This document shows, piece after piece, positions 8,666 through 18,291 of a stretch of DNA of 47,954 bases. A program made the position numbers and the translations under genes. The notes under the pieces were generated by a model. It searched no databases. It had not been told where the DNA came from and saw only the letters and a list, made by a program, of their open reading frames with translations. Each line of letters begins with the position of its first letter. Position 1 is the first letter of the stretch. This stretch comes from a virus (lineage: Duplodnaviria > Heunggongvirae > Uroviricota > Caudoviricetes): IMG/VR virus record IMGVR_UViG_3300020200_000004, one strand, 5' to 3'.

Positions 8666-9649
8666 ATGTCATGTTTATGTGCAAGTTGCTGTCAATGTTC
8701 TGATTGGTTAGTCCCAGGAACATTCGTATACTCTTCTAGCTCTGATTGGACAGTGACAGGAGTTTCTTGCCAGCCGGTAGCAAATTTGGTCAATGGAGGG
8801 GCTGATTTATATAAACTTACTGATTTCTGTGAATGGACAGCATTTAAAGCGCCAGATTTTTTCAATTGGGTATTTTTTGATCTGACAAGAAGCGGCACTA
8901 CATTTACATTAACTATAAAAGCTTCATGTGTAGATTACTCTACATCATTATTAACATATACCACAACCACAAGTGAATGTTGTGATCCTACTATTACTCT
9001 TGAATTGCAATCTTATTCTGGGGCAATGTTTTCAGTGTATCCAGTCTCCATCACATTAACAAGTGGAGACTGCGCAGCTTGTTTAGGCGATCCTCATTTT
9101 ACAGGTTTCAGAAAACAAAAATTTGACTGCCACGGAACACCAAACCAAATTTATAACTTAATCTCCGATGCAAATGTGCAATATAATGCCAGTTTTATTC
9201 CTTGCATTCAACCAGGAGCAACCCATATAGACCATGTTGGGCTTAAATTAAATAAAAAGCATATATTTTTCCACAAAACAGCTAAGCCTACATTAAATAA
9301 TCAAGAAATTCCTGTCAACCAATTGATTGAATTTCCTTCCGGTTTGCATGACATTAAGGCAAATTTGTTGTATAATGGTAGCAAGCTGACCGTTTTTACT
9401 GGAAAATACGTTATCAGCATGTGGCCTGGAATGGAATGGTATGAACCTCTTGTAAATCAGGAATTTAAATTAGCCGGTCATGGCATATTAGCTGACGGTG
9501 TAATTCCTAATGGTATTATCGGCATGACAGTTAAAGGCGATTTCGATGGCAACCATGAACAATTTAAGATGAAGTCTCTTTGGTCAGAATGTGATCTAAA
9601 TTCCTCTGTTAACCCAATCAAAGGTATTCTAAATATTAGAATGCTATAA
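8666..9649 (+). CDS. Cys-rich protein with C-terminal von Willebrand type D / root-cap-like domain
   Basis: CLGDPHFTGFRKQKFDCHG...YNLISD..VQYNASF signature; TATAGATA upstream. Confidence 0.6.
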   Translation: MSCLCASCCQCSDWLVPGTFVYSSSSDWTVTGVSCQPVANLVNGGADLYKLTDFCEWTAFKAPDFFNWVFFDLTRSGTTFTLTIKASCVDYSTSLLTYTTTTSECCDPTITLELQSYSGAMFSVYPVSITLTSGDCAACLGDPHFTGFRKQKFDCHGTPNQIYNLISDANVQYNASFIPCIQPGATHIDHVGLKLNKKHIFFHKTAKPTLNNQEIPVNQLIEFPSGLHDIKANLLYNGSKLTVFTGKYVISMWPGMEWYEPLVNQEFKLAGHGILADGVIPNGIIGMTVKGDFDGNHEQFKMKSLWSECDLNSSVNPIKGILNIRML

Positions 9650-9650
9650 G

Positions 9651-10097
9651 ATGTTTATTTACAAAAAAGTTAAGCGGTTTGACGAAATAACCGGCAAGCC
9701 TAAATTTGAAAAAGCTTATGCTGAAGTTAGATGCGATTTTACAGGTGTTGTATTAAGTTATGATGACAAATATTGCTGCTATCCATTAGATTATGGAAGT
9801 GTTGACCCTTGCTTTGGGGCAGGTGATGACGAAGAATATGCATTTGGGCAAAAGTATGATATAGATATGCATTGTTTCTTAAGTCCAGACTATCACTTTG
9901 CTTCAAACGGTGGTGGAATAGATCGTAAAGACTGTGCTGAAGCAATGATGATGCGAGAAGCCCTTGCTGGTGCTAAAAAGAAGAATGAATGGTATTGTTG
10001 TTTTACTTTTGACTCAATGTGCCGTCATGCTAGAATCAGAACTGCAACAAAATTAATTGAATCAGGTGAAATCAAACCACATGATCTTATCCAATAA
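9651..10097 (+). CDS. hypothetical protein
   Basis: 148-aa co-oriented ORF. Confidence 0.7.
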   Translation: MFIYKKVKRFDEITGKPKFEKAYAEVRCDFTGVVLSYDDKYCCYPLDYGSVDPCFGAGDDEEYAFGQKYDIDMHCFLSPDYHFASNGGGIDRKDCAEAMMMREALAGAKKKNEWYCCFTFDSMCRHARIRTATKLIESGEIKPHDLIQ

Positions 10098-10128
10098 AAA
10101 ATAAATTGAGAGTATACGCAGATTATTA

Positions 10129-10161
10129 TTGTAGTCATACTATTTTAGTGAATGACTGCAA
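10129..10161 (+). promoter_or_regulatory. Start-codon-sequestering hairpin of the LAGLIDADG gene
   Basis: TTGTAGTCAT / ATGACTGCAA stem; TACTAT spans the stem-loop junction. Confidence 0.65.
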
Positions 10162-10976
10162 GAACATACAATGATTCTGACATATTGGCATTTTATGAAG
10201 AATATAAAAATACTGAAAATTGGCCGCTCGTAAAATTCGCCCAAAAAAACAATCTAAAAATTTATGGTTTAAGGAATGGATTTAAGAGATTAGATTTAAA
10301 AGTTTTCTCTCAAGAAATCACTAAAAGAAAATATCGCATAAATGATAATTTTTTCCAGGATATAGATACAGAAGAAAAAGCGTATTTTTTAGGATTTATT
10401 TTTGCAGATGGTTGTAATTGTAAAAGAAGATTAGAGGTTTCACTGGCTAAACAAGATATAGATATATTAGAAAAGTTATCGAAAACTCTATTGTTTGGAG
10501 TTAACAATATAAAGGAGTATAAAACTAAAAAAGAAGGGTGTCAAGATAAAATTGGCTTATATATTGTTAGTGAAAAATTGACTGATGATTTAAAGAGATG
10601 GGGGTGCGTGCCTTGTAAAACTTTTGTTTTGAATTTTCCTAAAGTTCCAAAACATTTAATCAATCATTTTGTTCGTGGATATTTTGATGGGGATGGCTCG
10701 TTAACATTTGGTGAAAGGAAAAAAACTAAATATTGTGATGTTTATTTTTCTATTGTTTCCACTTACCAAATGTTGACCGCAATAGGATCGAACATTAATC
10801 TTTTAGGTGTTAACTGGTACATAAATAAACGACACAAAGAAAGAAAGAATAATAATTACACTCTTAGGGTGCATGGTAAAAAGCAGATAAGAAAAGTTTG
10901 TGATTGGCTTTATTCAAATGCCACTATCTTTCTTAATCGCAAATTTGAGGCTTATCAAAGATTAGTAAATTTATGA
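10152..10976 (+). CDS. LAGLIDADG (DOD-type) homing endonuclease
   Basis: AYFLGFIFADG and HFVRGYFDGDG motifs. Confidence 0.88.
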   Translation: MTARTYNDSDILAFYEEYKNTENWPLVKFAQKNNLKIYGLRNGFKRLDLKVFSQEITKRKYRINDNFFQDIDTEEKAYFLGFIFADGCNCKRRLEVSLAKQDIDILEKLSKTLLFGVNNIKEYKTKKEGCQDKIGLYIVSEKLTDDLKRWGCVPCKTFVLNFPKVPKHLINHFVRGYFDGDGSLTFGERKKTKYCDVYFSIVSTYQMLTAIGSNINLLGVNWYINKRHKERKNNNYTLRVHGKKQIRKVCDWLYSNATIFLNRKFEAYQRLVNL

Positions 10977-11974
10977 AGAATAAAATTAAAGGAATGATGC
11001 TAGGTGTTGGCATTGGTGACGCTCTTGGAATCCCATTAGAAAATATGTCTTATAAAGATATACAATCAGCTTATGGTATAGTCACCGATTATCTATATAA
11101 ACCTTTTCTTTCAGACGATACTTCTCTCACTATCGCTGTAGCGGAAGCATTATTAGAAGATAGAACCCTTGGGGCACAAACTCAAACCCTTGAATCACAA
11201 GCAAAACACCATATTGCAGCCTATAATGAATCAACTTATGGCTGGGGATCAACAACTCGCTTAGCTGTGCAAAAATTAAAAGATGGGGTACATTGGTCTG
11301 TCTCTGGTACTAAAGGTGGCAAAATTACAGGGCTAGGCAATGGCTGTGCAATGAAAATAGCTCCTGTTGCCGTGGTGCTAATTGCCGATGAATTTAAATT
11401 TTTTAGTTCATTAGTTCAATTCCAAGGTGTAAATTTCATTGCTGACTTATGTGCTATGACTCATCAAACCAGTCTTGCTATTTCTTCTGGACTGGCCCAA
11501 GCAGCAGCAATAAAATATTGTCTCCAGCAAAAACCAAGTAGTTTTAATGCAAATGAATTTTTAGATGCAGTTATAAATGCGAGCGAGTTTGGGAAGAGAT
11601 ATTTTCCAGATACTTTTGTCCAAGACCTTTCTTTGCGGCTTGCTGAGTGCTATAATTACAAGAACTGGCCTGTTGAAAGGTGTGTAGAGGAACTAAAGGG
11701 GACGTGTTATGTGTACAATAGTCTACCTTTTTCCTACATGTTTTTCTTGCGCAATCCAAACAGCATTGATTCATTGTACCAAGTAGTATCAGCCGGTGGC
11801 GACACTGACTCAAACGCTTCAATGGTTGGCGCTTTATTGGGCGCTTTAAATGGAAAAGATATATTCCCTTCTCACCTAGCGGAGAAACCTATATTTAACA
11901 AATTAAACAACGTTGCTGAAAGATTAGCTGAAAGATTTACTCTATTAATGCATGAAAATTGCAGCATTAAATGA
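10973..11974 (+). CDS. ADP-ribosylglycohydrolase (DraG/ARH family)
   Basis: GMMLGVGIGDALG, SDDT, GNGCAM and GGDTDSNASMVGALLGA motifs. Confidence 0.92.
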   Translation: MKNKIKGMMLGVGIGDALGIPLENMSYKDIQSAYGIVTDYLYKPFLSDDTSLTIAVAEALLEDRTLGAQTQTLESQAKHHIAAYNESTYGWGSTTRLAVQKLKDGVHWSVSGTKGGKITGLGNGCAMKIAPVAVVLIADEFKFFSSLVQFQGVNFIADLCAMTHQTSLAISSGLAQAAAIKYCLQQKPSSFNANEFLDAVINASEFGKRYFPDTFVQDLSLRLAECYNYKNWPVERCVEELKGTCYVYNSLPFSYMFFLRNPNSIDSLYQVVSAGGDTDSNASMVGALLGALNGKDIFPSHLAEKPIFNKLNNVAERLAERFTLLMHENCSIK

Positions 11975-12847
11975 GATTAAATTTACAAAGTTACATCCAC
12001 ATACAAAATCAAAACCTGGAAATAAATACGGTAAATTAACTTTTATTGATAAGCGAGAAGGATCGTTAAATAAAGGATTTATATGGCAATGTGATTGCGG
12101 AACACTTTGCGAATTACCTTCTAATTATGTTCGTTATGGGAATACTACTTCTTGTGGATGTTTTCGAAAAAGTGGAGAGGCTTGTAGAAAGCACAAATGC
12201 CCTGACAGCCTAACTGCACAACAATTAAGTGTAATTACTGGATCAATGTTGGGAGATGGCTGGATCGACAAAACACTAGGGAACCATAGATTTAAAAAAG
12301 CACAAATTCATTATGAATCTATAAATTGGATATGTGAGATATTGAAGCCATTTACAGAAAAGGTATATGAGAAATACACTAAACAAAAAATAGTTAACAA
12401 AGTTAATGGTGAAAAATGCAAGCCATTTTGCATACCATGTGAAAAGCGGTTGACTCATTATTACACAAGGACATGCAATCATCCAATATTTAGCGAGTTA
12501 GAGACAAAATGGTACAAAAGAGACGGAAATGGAATTTATATTAAGGATTCAAAAGGCTGGAGAATTAAAACAATACCGGATGATTTGAAGCTCACTCCAG
12601 AAATATTGATGATGGCAGTGTAAAACATAAAGCAAAACAAAGTTATTTATGTACAAATGGCTTTTCGATTGAAGACAATGAAATTTTAAAATATAAATTG
12701 AAATTTGATTTGGGCTTAAATTGTTCTATCACTAAAGATAACCGGCTATATTTCGGCGCAAATAATCACTTGGAATTACATAAAATTATTGCACCATTCG
12801 CAAATACATGGGAGTGTTTTAAATACAAATTTAATTATGTTTGCTGA
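11952..12847 (+). pseudogene. Frameshifted LAGLIDADG (I-SceI-like) homing endonuclease
   Basis: GSMLGDG in the first frame; second motif DDGS..LCTNGFS continues in another frame from 12608 to TGA at 12845-12847; N-terminal KYGKLT..WQCDCG. Confidence 0.75.
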
Positions 12848-13562
12848 TAAAATTAATGGTAAATGCGTTTCCATTGCTGATACACATGGAGATTTATCAA
12901 AAGTCAAAAATATGCTAGGGTTTTTATGTAAAGAAAAAATAATTGATGATGATACGTGGCTTGTGTTTCTTGGGGACCACGTTGATATTGGACCTGATAC
13001 AGCAGGAACTATAAATTTACTAATTAATTTCCATAAATATCATCCAAAGACAACGTTCCTTTGTGGCAATCATGATTTAAACTTAATTAAGGGCTTAAAT
13101 CTAATTGACAATCCTGACCATGAATTTTATTTAAACAGGATTCCAAATAGATGTTCAGCCACACTTAAGTCTTATAAAGCTGCTAATGCCAAAGAATTAA
13201 ATGAAAAGATGCCAGACAGCCATAAAGAATTCTTTAAGAAGTTGGTTTGGCATTGTGAGCATCCTGATTTCTTCTTTGTACATGCTGGTTTAGACTCAAC
13301 AGAACCATATGATTCACAGTTGAAGAAGTTACAGGCAAGGGATATTAACCAGTATAAGCCTAAGTGGTTATATGAAGATAGTTTGGGAATGCATATGCCG
13401 CCTGTAGATACTAATAAATGTGTAGTTTCTGGTCATTGCATTCGATCTTATATTTTAATGGATGAAAACAAAAAGAGGATTGGGCTTGATACTGGTTGCG
13501 GTTATAATGGGCCTTTGTCGGCTGTAGCTTTGCCAGAATTCAAGTTCTATCAAGCAAAATAG
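12837..13562 (+). CDS. Metallophosphoesterase (PPP/ApaH-like)
   Basis: DTHG, LGDHVDIG, GNHD, HAG and GH motifs. Confidence 0.9.
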   Translation: MFADKINGKCVSIADTHGDLSKVKNMLGFLCKEKIIDDDTWLVFLGDHVDIGPDTAGTINLLINFHKYHPKTTFLCGNHDLNLIKGLNLIDNPDHEFYLNRIPNRCSATLKSYKAANAKELNEKMPDSHKEFFKKLVWHCEHPDFFFVHAGLDSTEPYDSQLKKLQARDINQYKPKWLYEDSLGMHMPPVDTNKCVVSGHCIRSYILMDENKKRIGLDTGCGYNGPLSAVALPEFKFYQAK

Positions 13563-13597
13563 TGCCGTTCTATTCTTAAGGGGGTAGAAAGATGCAC
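13562..13597 (+). repeat. hairpin repeat A, copy 7
   Basis: GTGCCGTTCTATTCTTAAGGGGGTAGAAAGATGCAC; first G is the last base of the upstream TAG. Confidence 0.88.
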
Positions 13598-13759
13598 TGG
13601 CAACCTGAACACGCATCATCAGAAATTGAAGAAGCAATGGAATCATGCAAATTAACAGAACATGATCGTGATGAAGTTCGTAGGTTTGCTGAATTCTTGA
13701 AACGATTAAAGGATCATAAAGAAAATAAAAAGCTTGAACCTGTTCCAAATGGCATTTGA
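13592..13759 (+). CDS. hypothetical protein (55 aa) starting inside repeat A
   Basis: MHWQPEHASSEIEEAM..., below the ORF track cut-off. Confidence 0.55.
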   Translation: MHWQPEHASSEIEEAMESCKLTEHDRDEVRRFAEFLKRLKDHKENKKLEPVPNGI

Positions 13760-13986
13760 TTTATGATTTCAACATCGAAACAGAAAGTGGCTTTTGTTCA
13801 TTGACGCACTGTTTGACTGTTCCTACAGAGACTAAAGAACAAATTGAAGCTTATTTCAGGAATTGGGGCACTCCTGAAATGGCTAGATATTGCGAATCGG
13901 CAGGATATAACTTCCATAAATGTCCTCTTGTGTTAGGTTTAATGGCTGGCGAAGAAGTTTTCAACCCAGATGGGACACTTATATGA
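13756..13986 (+). CDS. hypothetical protein
   Basis: 76-aa ORF coupled to its neighbours. Confidence 0.55.
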   Translation: MIYDFNIETESGFCSLTHCLTVPTETKEQIEAYFRNWGTPEMARYCESAGYNFHKCPLVLGLMAGEEVFNPDGTLI

Positions 13987-14154
13987 GTTTAACATTTCAA
14001 GATTTAAGAATTTGTGCTGATACTCTTTATGATGCAATCCACAATAAAGTTAATACATGGGATAGTGAAATTCTGGACGAAGTTTTAACCAAAATTGAAA
14101 ACATGCTAGATGGTATTTGTTTAATGGAAATTTTGCCAGATGATAAAATGGCAT

Positions 14155-14322
14155 TTAATAGCCAGTTAAAAGCCATTCAAATCCATCTGGAGAGCTAAAA
14201 GCTGCATATATTCCATCTGTTCTTACATTAACAGAAGTATAACCATTTGGCACTTGAGTTGGCCTATTAAATATCTTGTTCAAAAAACCTTCAGATATAA
14301 GGAATTTTTTAAAATCTGTCAT
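14155..14322 (-). CDS. hypothetical protein (55 aa, MTDFKKFLISE)
   Basis: ATG overlaps the kinase stop codon. Confidence 0.5.
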   Translation of the reverse strand: MTDFKKFLISEGFLNKIFNRPTQVPNGYTSVNVRTDGIYAAFSSPDGFEWLLTGY

Positions 14323-14930
14323 TTATTTATGATTTCCTCCATAACCTTTTTAACGCTTTCTAGATTATTTCCATCTACAACGAAGAAATTGTTTCCAAAT
14401 AATCCTTGAACGCCTGGCCCTTTTTCTCCTGAAAATACGTTGCCAAGCACTTGCTGATGAACCTTTCTTAGTTCATTTGGGTCACTTAGGCTACGTTCTG
14501 GCCTGTTTTGATTTCTTTTCAAGGCAACTTCGGGGTCTGTGTTAACGTAAACGGCAAAACACTGGTAGCCGCCTTTTTCGCTAAGGGCTTTCAGTTGAGC
14601 AATTGTCCTGAAGTTTTGACCAGTTTTTTCAGTAACTATAGGATAGCCTTGTTTTAAATAATGATCAATTCTCTTGTCATTTTGCACAGATGCCCAGACG
14701 TGATGTTGCTTTTGTTGAGGGTCATTTAAACTTACATTAACTTTTTGCTGATTTTGTATTTTACGCATCATAGCTTCGAAATATTGGTCAATAATAGCCA
14801 TTCTGAAGCCATTTGCAGCAAACATTTTGGCAATATAGGTTTTTCCTGCCCCTGGTCCACCTAACACTATGACCAACTTAGGGTTATATTCTTTTACATA
14901 TCCTTCCAAAAATTGCGCAAAAGTAATCAT
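14319..14930 (-). CDS. P-loop kinase (AAA_33 / zeta-toxin-like)
   Basis: IVLGGPGAGKT Walker A; LKRNQNRPER lid-like segment. Confidence 0.8.
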   Translation of the reverse strand: MITFAQFLEGYVKEYNPKLVIVLGGPGAGKTYIAKMFAANGFRMAIIDQYFEAMMRKIQNQQKVNVSLNDPQQKQHHVWASVQNDKRIDHYLKQGYPIVTEKTGQNFRTIAQLKALSEKGGYQCFAVYVNTDPEVALKRNQNRPERSLSDPNELRKVHQQVLGNVFSGEKGPGVQGLFGNNFFVVDGNNLESVKKVMEEIINK

Positions 14931-14980
14931 TCATTTTATTTACTTTTAAAAATGGTATTTTAATTGTACCAAACGAAAAA

Positions 14981-15013
14981 AAGTAGGGGAGCGGTCGGTC
15001 CACTCCCCTACTA
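14981..15013 (-). terminator. Hairpin with adjacent A-run (minus-strand intrinsic terminator-like)
   Basis: GTAGGGGAG / CTCCCCTAC stem preceded by an A-run. Confidence 0.5.
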
Positions 15014-15274
15014 CCACAGTACAAAGGTGATTCCGTCACCCAATAAAATTGTACAGATTTTTGCTGGATTGTCAAGCGATAAAAAAATCTGTCTTTTTTC
15101 AAAAATTACGATAGAATGGAGAATGGTTTATGGCTACTCCGTGGCGTTGTCCTAGTTGTGGGTATGATCCTCCTTTGCCGCCTGTTGGGGGAGCATGCCC
15201 AAATTGTTCAGCTGTTGTACCAGTAAGCGGTTGCGGTCTATTCCTTGTTATACTGGCTTTTTGTATAGTATTTT

Positions 15275-15610
15275 TTGGGGGATGTTGATTTGAATGGTTA
15301 TTTAGGTACAATTGACGTTGAATCCCTTGATGGTACAGAATTTGAAGGATATGGGCCTGCTGAATGGGGTCTATATTTTATTATGATGTATGGTGGGATT
15401 GACGGGGATCATCATAAAACTTGGGTATTAGATCAAGTTGCAAGATGCTTATTAGGTACTCCCGTTAAAGTTAAATTAGCACGATGGGAGAATGGTCAAC
15501 AGGAATATCGGTGCAGCACTCAAAAGCCGCCTTCTGATAAGTATTTAAAATGGGTCGAAGATATATGTGAAGGCGGCGAATATAGTTATGATGAAGGCAT
15601 TGCTCCTTAA
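15275..15610 (+). CDS. hypothetical protein
   Basis: Stop codon is the TAA of motif B at 15608. Confidence 0.7.
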   Translation: MGDVDLNGYLGTIDVESLDGTEFEGYGPAEWGLYFIMMYGGIDGDHHKTWVLDQVARCLLGTPVKVKLARWENGQQEYRCSTQKPPSDKYLKWVEDICEGGEYSYDEGIAP

Positions 15611-15627
15611 TTGTACCAAGAAATCAC

Positions 15628-16067
15628 ATGAAAATCAAAAATGTAATTGACAAGGCGAATGATCGTATTAACCAAATAGATGAAAAGTTAAAGGAAATGA
15701 GGGGTTACTTTCCTCCCCATGATTATGAACAGGACATATGGTGGCTAGAAGGTCAAAGGCAAGCTTTTAACGAAATCATTGGTTATCTGATTAACATTGA
15801 CGAAACGGCAAATTAATGAAAGCTGATAATAGAAATCTTGGGGTTGGTCTTACTTTGAGGCAAGTCAGGGACTATCTTAATTCTTTGGATGAGAAAACTC
15901 TAAACAAAGCTTTCACAGTTCAAGGTTTAAAAGATGGCTATGACTTTCTTAGCTATATTGGCCCTGCCGAAGAACAACTGTTAATTGGCCCGAATTGGTT
16001 TCATCATGATGTATTAGTGGAAATTGGCGAACCCATAGCTATTCTTCAAGATGAGTCTATCACATGA
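15628..16067 (+). other. Two small coupled hypothetical ORFs (15628-15816, 15816-16067)
   Basis: First follows motif B; stop/start overlap. Confidence 0.6.
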
Positions 16068-16214
16068 AATGTGAACGGTGCCAGAAAAATTATGATTTTC
16101 TGCTTGACTATTGTGCAATTTGTCTTAGAAATCTATGTAATAAATGCATGGAAGAAGGGCATTGTAATAACAAACCTGCTTTAAGTGGTATGGAAGCAGA
16201 TTATGGAGAAGAAG

Positions 16215-16769
16215 ATGAAGATACATCTGACGAAATTCGTTCAAAGACAAACTCCTGATAGTCAATATTCCCATTGGTTTTCTAATGATGACTTGCTTGA
16301 ACAAGTTAACGCCAATTTTGATAAACACAAGCCTGGATATAGGGATGGAGTTATTTTAGTCCCTATATCTCCAGAAGGTGTATGTAGTGGCGTTGTTCAG
16401 TTATATAGCGGAGACAAGTTAACTGGAGTATTTAGGGAACGTAAGGAAGGTGAAGAACCCAGAAAGTCTATTTGGGCAGCACATAGCAGTAAAGTTCCAG
16501 CTAAAAGTGCTTATGTTGTTCTTTATCGGCATGATGTATTAGTTGAGACTGGCGAAAATGAAACGGATGCTGATTGGGAGATTATTTCAGTAAATGCTAG
16601 TCCCACTGAAGATGATCCGCCTATTATGCCTGATGTATTAATTGCTAACCATTTTCAACTAAGTGGTGGAACGGCTACTAATATGACGAATGAAGAATTT
16701 GTAAAGCAGCTTAAGGAATCTGTATTTTATTGGAAGGATAAGGCTTTAGCTACTCCGATTGGAACGTAA
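16215..16769 (+). CDS. DUF3228-like protein
   Basis: VVLYRHDVL..E....DADWEIISVNA..PPIMP....NHF...GGT resembles that family (from memory). Confidence 0.45.
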   Translation: MKIHLTKFVQRQTPDSQYSHWFSNDDLLEQVNANFDKHKPGYRDGVILVPISPEGVCSGVVQLYSGDKLTGVFRERKEGEEPRKSIWAAHSSKVPAKSAYVVLYRHDVLVETGENETDADWEIISVNASPTEDDPPIMPDVLIANHFQLSGGTATNMTNEEFVKQLKESVFYWKDKALATPIGT

Positions 16770-17366
16770 AATGGATAATGATAGAAAGCTTATGCTGCTT
16801 CAGAAGGCTTTAGACCAGTTGCTTTATGATGCAGAACGAGTAAATAATAAGTTTGGTCATGACGAAAATGATATTCCTTCAGATTGGTCCGAATGGGTAG
16901 ATTTACGGCGATCAATCATGGAAGTTAGACATGCTTATAAAAGGATTTGGTAGGTATTTTTAAATAAAGGACTATAATAAAGAAGCACAAGAAAGGAATC
17001 TTAAAATGAAGGAATTAAAGCAAATTATTCTATTATCTGATCTTATTTTTGAAGAGGAAGAACAACAAGAACAATACATGCCATTTTGGGATTTGCAAAC
17101 AAAAACCAAACCCAAAGACGGCGATGAAGAAGCCGCATGAAATAGAAGTGACAACCGCCAAGACGGACGCTGCTGGTTGAAGCATTAATTAGTCCCAATG
17201 GCTGACTATCAGGAAAGACTGGTTGATATGGTGGATAAAGAAGGATTGCATGTTCCTACTCCACTCTGGGGGCATGCGTATGAAGGGGGCGTTACATATA
17301 ATTATGGCCGAAATCCCGCTATCCCTTCCACTGGCGGGATTTTTAATTGTACCAAGGAAAAAATCT

Positions 17367-17702
17367 ATGATACACAGTAAGATTAAACTACCAACGAATT
17401 GTTTTATTGGCCAATCGGATGAAACTGAAAAGTTATACAAATTAGAAAAAAACCGTTCAATCGCTATTAATGCGGCGGCAGAGGAATTAAAGAAAGTTTT
17501 AAATAAAGTGGATTATTGGCACGAAGCTATGCCCGCTGCGTTATTTGCTGTTCTTGAAAGCTATACAACTGATATTAGTGTTGCTGCCGCTATTGCTTTC
17601 CTTAACAAGTATGGATTTAAGATCGAAGGGGAAGGTAAACGCCTTGACTTTACTTACAAGGTAGAAGGCGATGAATTAGTAACTCACTGGAACGGACAAT
17701 GA
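17367..17702 (+). CDS. hypothetical protein
   Basis: Start reassigned to the ATG after motif B at 17342. Confidence 0.65.
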   Translation: MIHSKIKLPTNCFIGQSDETEKLYKLEKNRSIAINAAAEELKKVLNKVDYWHEAMPAALFAVLESYTTDISVAAAIAFLNKYGFKIEGEGKRLDFTYKVEGDELVTHWNGQ

Positions 17703-17977
17703 AAGAAAAACAAAAGAAAATATCGGTTGAATTAGTTTCTTTAGATAAAACAAGTGTAAAAGTTCCGTCAGAATACGTAGATGGGTGGGGAAGAGAAAGC
17801 CAAAGAATTACTGTTTCTGGAGAAATTGCCCAAATTGAGGTTAGAAAAGGCGATAAAGCACAATTCGGCATTAGAATTCTGGAAGATGGGTCTATTATTT
17901 TAACAAGCTATGATTCTATGTTTTCGCAAGATGTTGATCGTAATTTAAGGCTTAAAAATGAACAACCGTGGAAGTGA
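17699..17977 (+). CDS. hypothetical protein
   Basis: 92-aa coupled ORF. Confidence 0.6.
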   Translation: MKEKQKKISVELVSLDKTSVKVPSEYVDGWGRESQRITVSGEIAQIEVRKGDKAQFGIRILEDGSIILTSYDSMFSQDVDRNLRLKNEQPWK

Positions 17978-18248
17978 AATTAAAGTTGGGCAATGGGTTA
18001 AAAGAACTTTAAAATCTAAAAGCAAGCACATGGGCGATTTTACTTGAAAACCTCATTCCTTTGGGCAGGTTGCTCAAATTCGCTCTAGCATTTTGGGGAT
18101 AAAGGTTTGTGATGTTGATATATTTTGTCCGTGTATGATTCCGACAGCAGACGAAGGTGGAGTTGACAACTATATGCAACGTGTATGGGCAGAAGATGAA
18201 TGTATACGTATAAAAAAACCTAGAAAACACATTTGCCCGAAAGATTAA
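17958..18248 (+). pseudogene. Hypothetical gene with internal TGA
   Basis: Open frame broken by TGA at 18045-18047; ends at the TAA of motif B. Confidence 0.5.
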
Positions 18249-18263
18249 TTGTACCAAGCTAAA

Positions 18264-18291
18264 TTGACAAAACTTCTTGCTGGTCTAGGAT
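18264..18291 (+). promoter_or_regulatory. sigma70-like promoter
   Basis: TTGACA-16 nt-TAGGAT. Confidence 0.55.

Larger units (their letters stand above)
14152..14955. mobile_element. 804-bp inverted insert flanked by AAAATGG direct repeats
   Basis: AAAATGG at 14145-14151 and 14949-14955; removal ends the host ORF at the TAA of motif B. Confidence 0.65.

Noticed and set aside
661-13597. Repeat A as a CRISPR array (36-nt palindromic repeat)
   Set aside because: Spacing is irregular (44 bp to 9 kb), the intervals contain whole genes, and there are no cas genes in the window.
15300-15315. Minus-strand copy of motif B (GGTACAATTGA)
   Set aside because: Two mismatches, lies inside a CDS and has no downstream start; probably chance.
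17958-18248. Stop-codon reassignment suggested by the in-frame TGA at 18045
   Set aside because: TGA, TAG and TAA all terminate well-supported genes here, and long conserved genes have no internal stops; a nonsense mutation is more likely.
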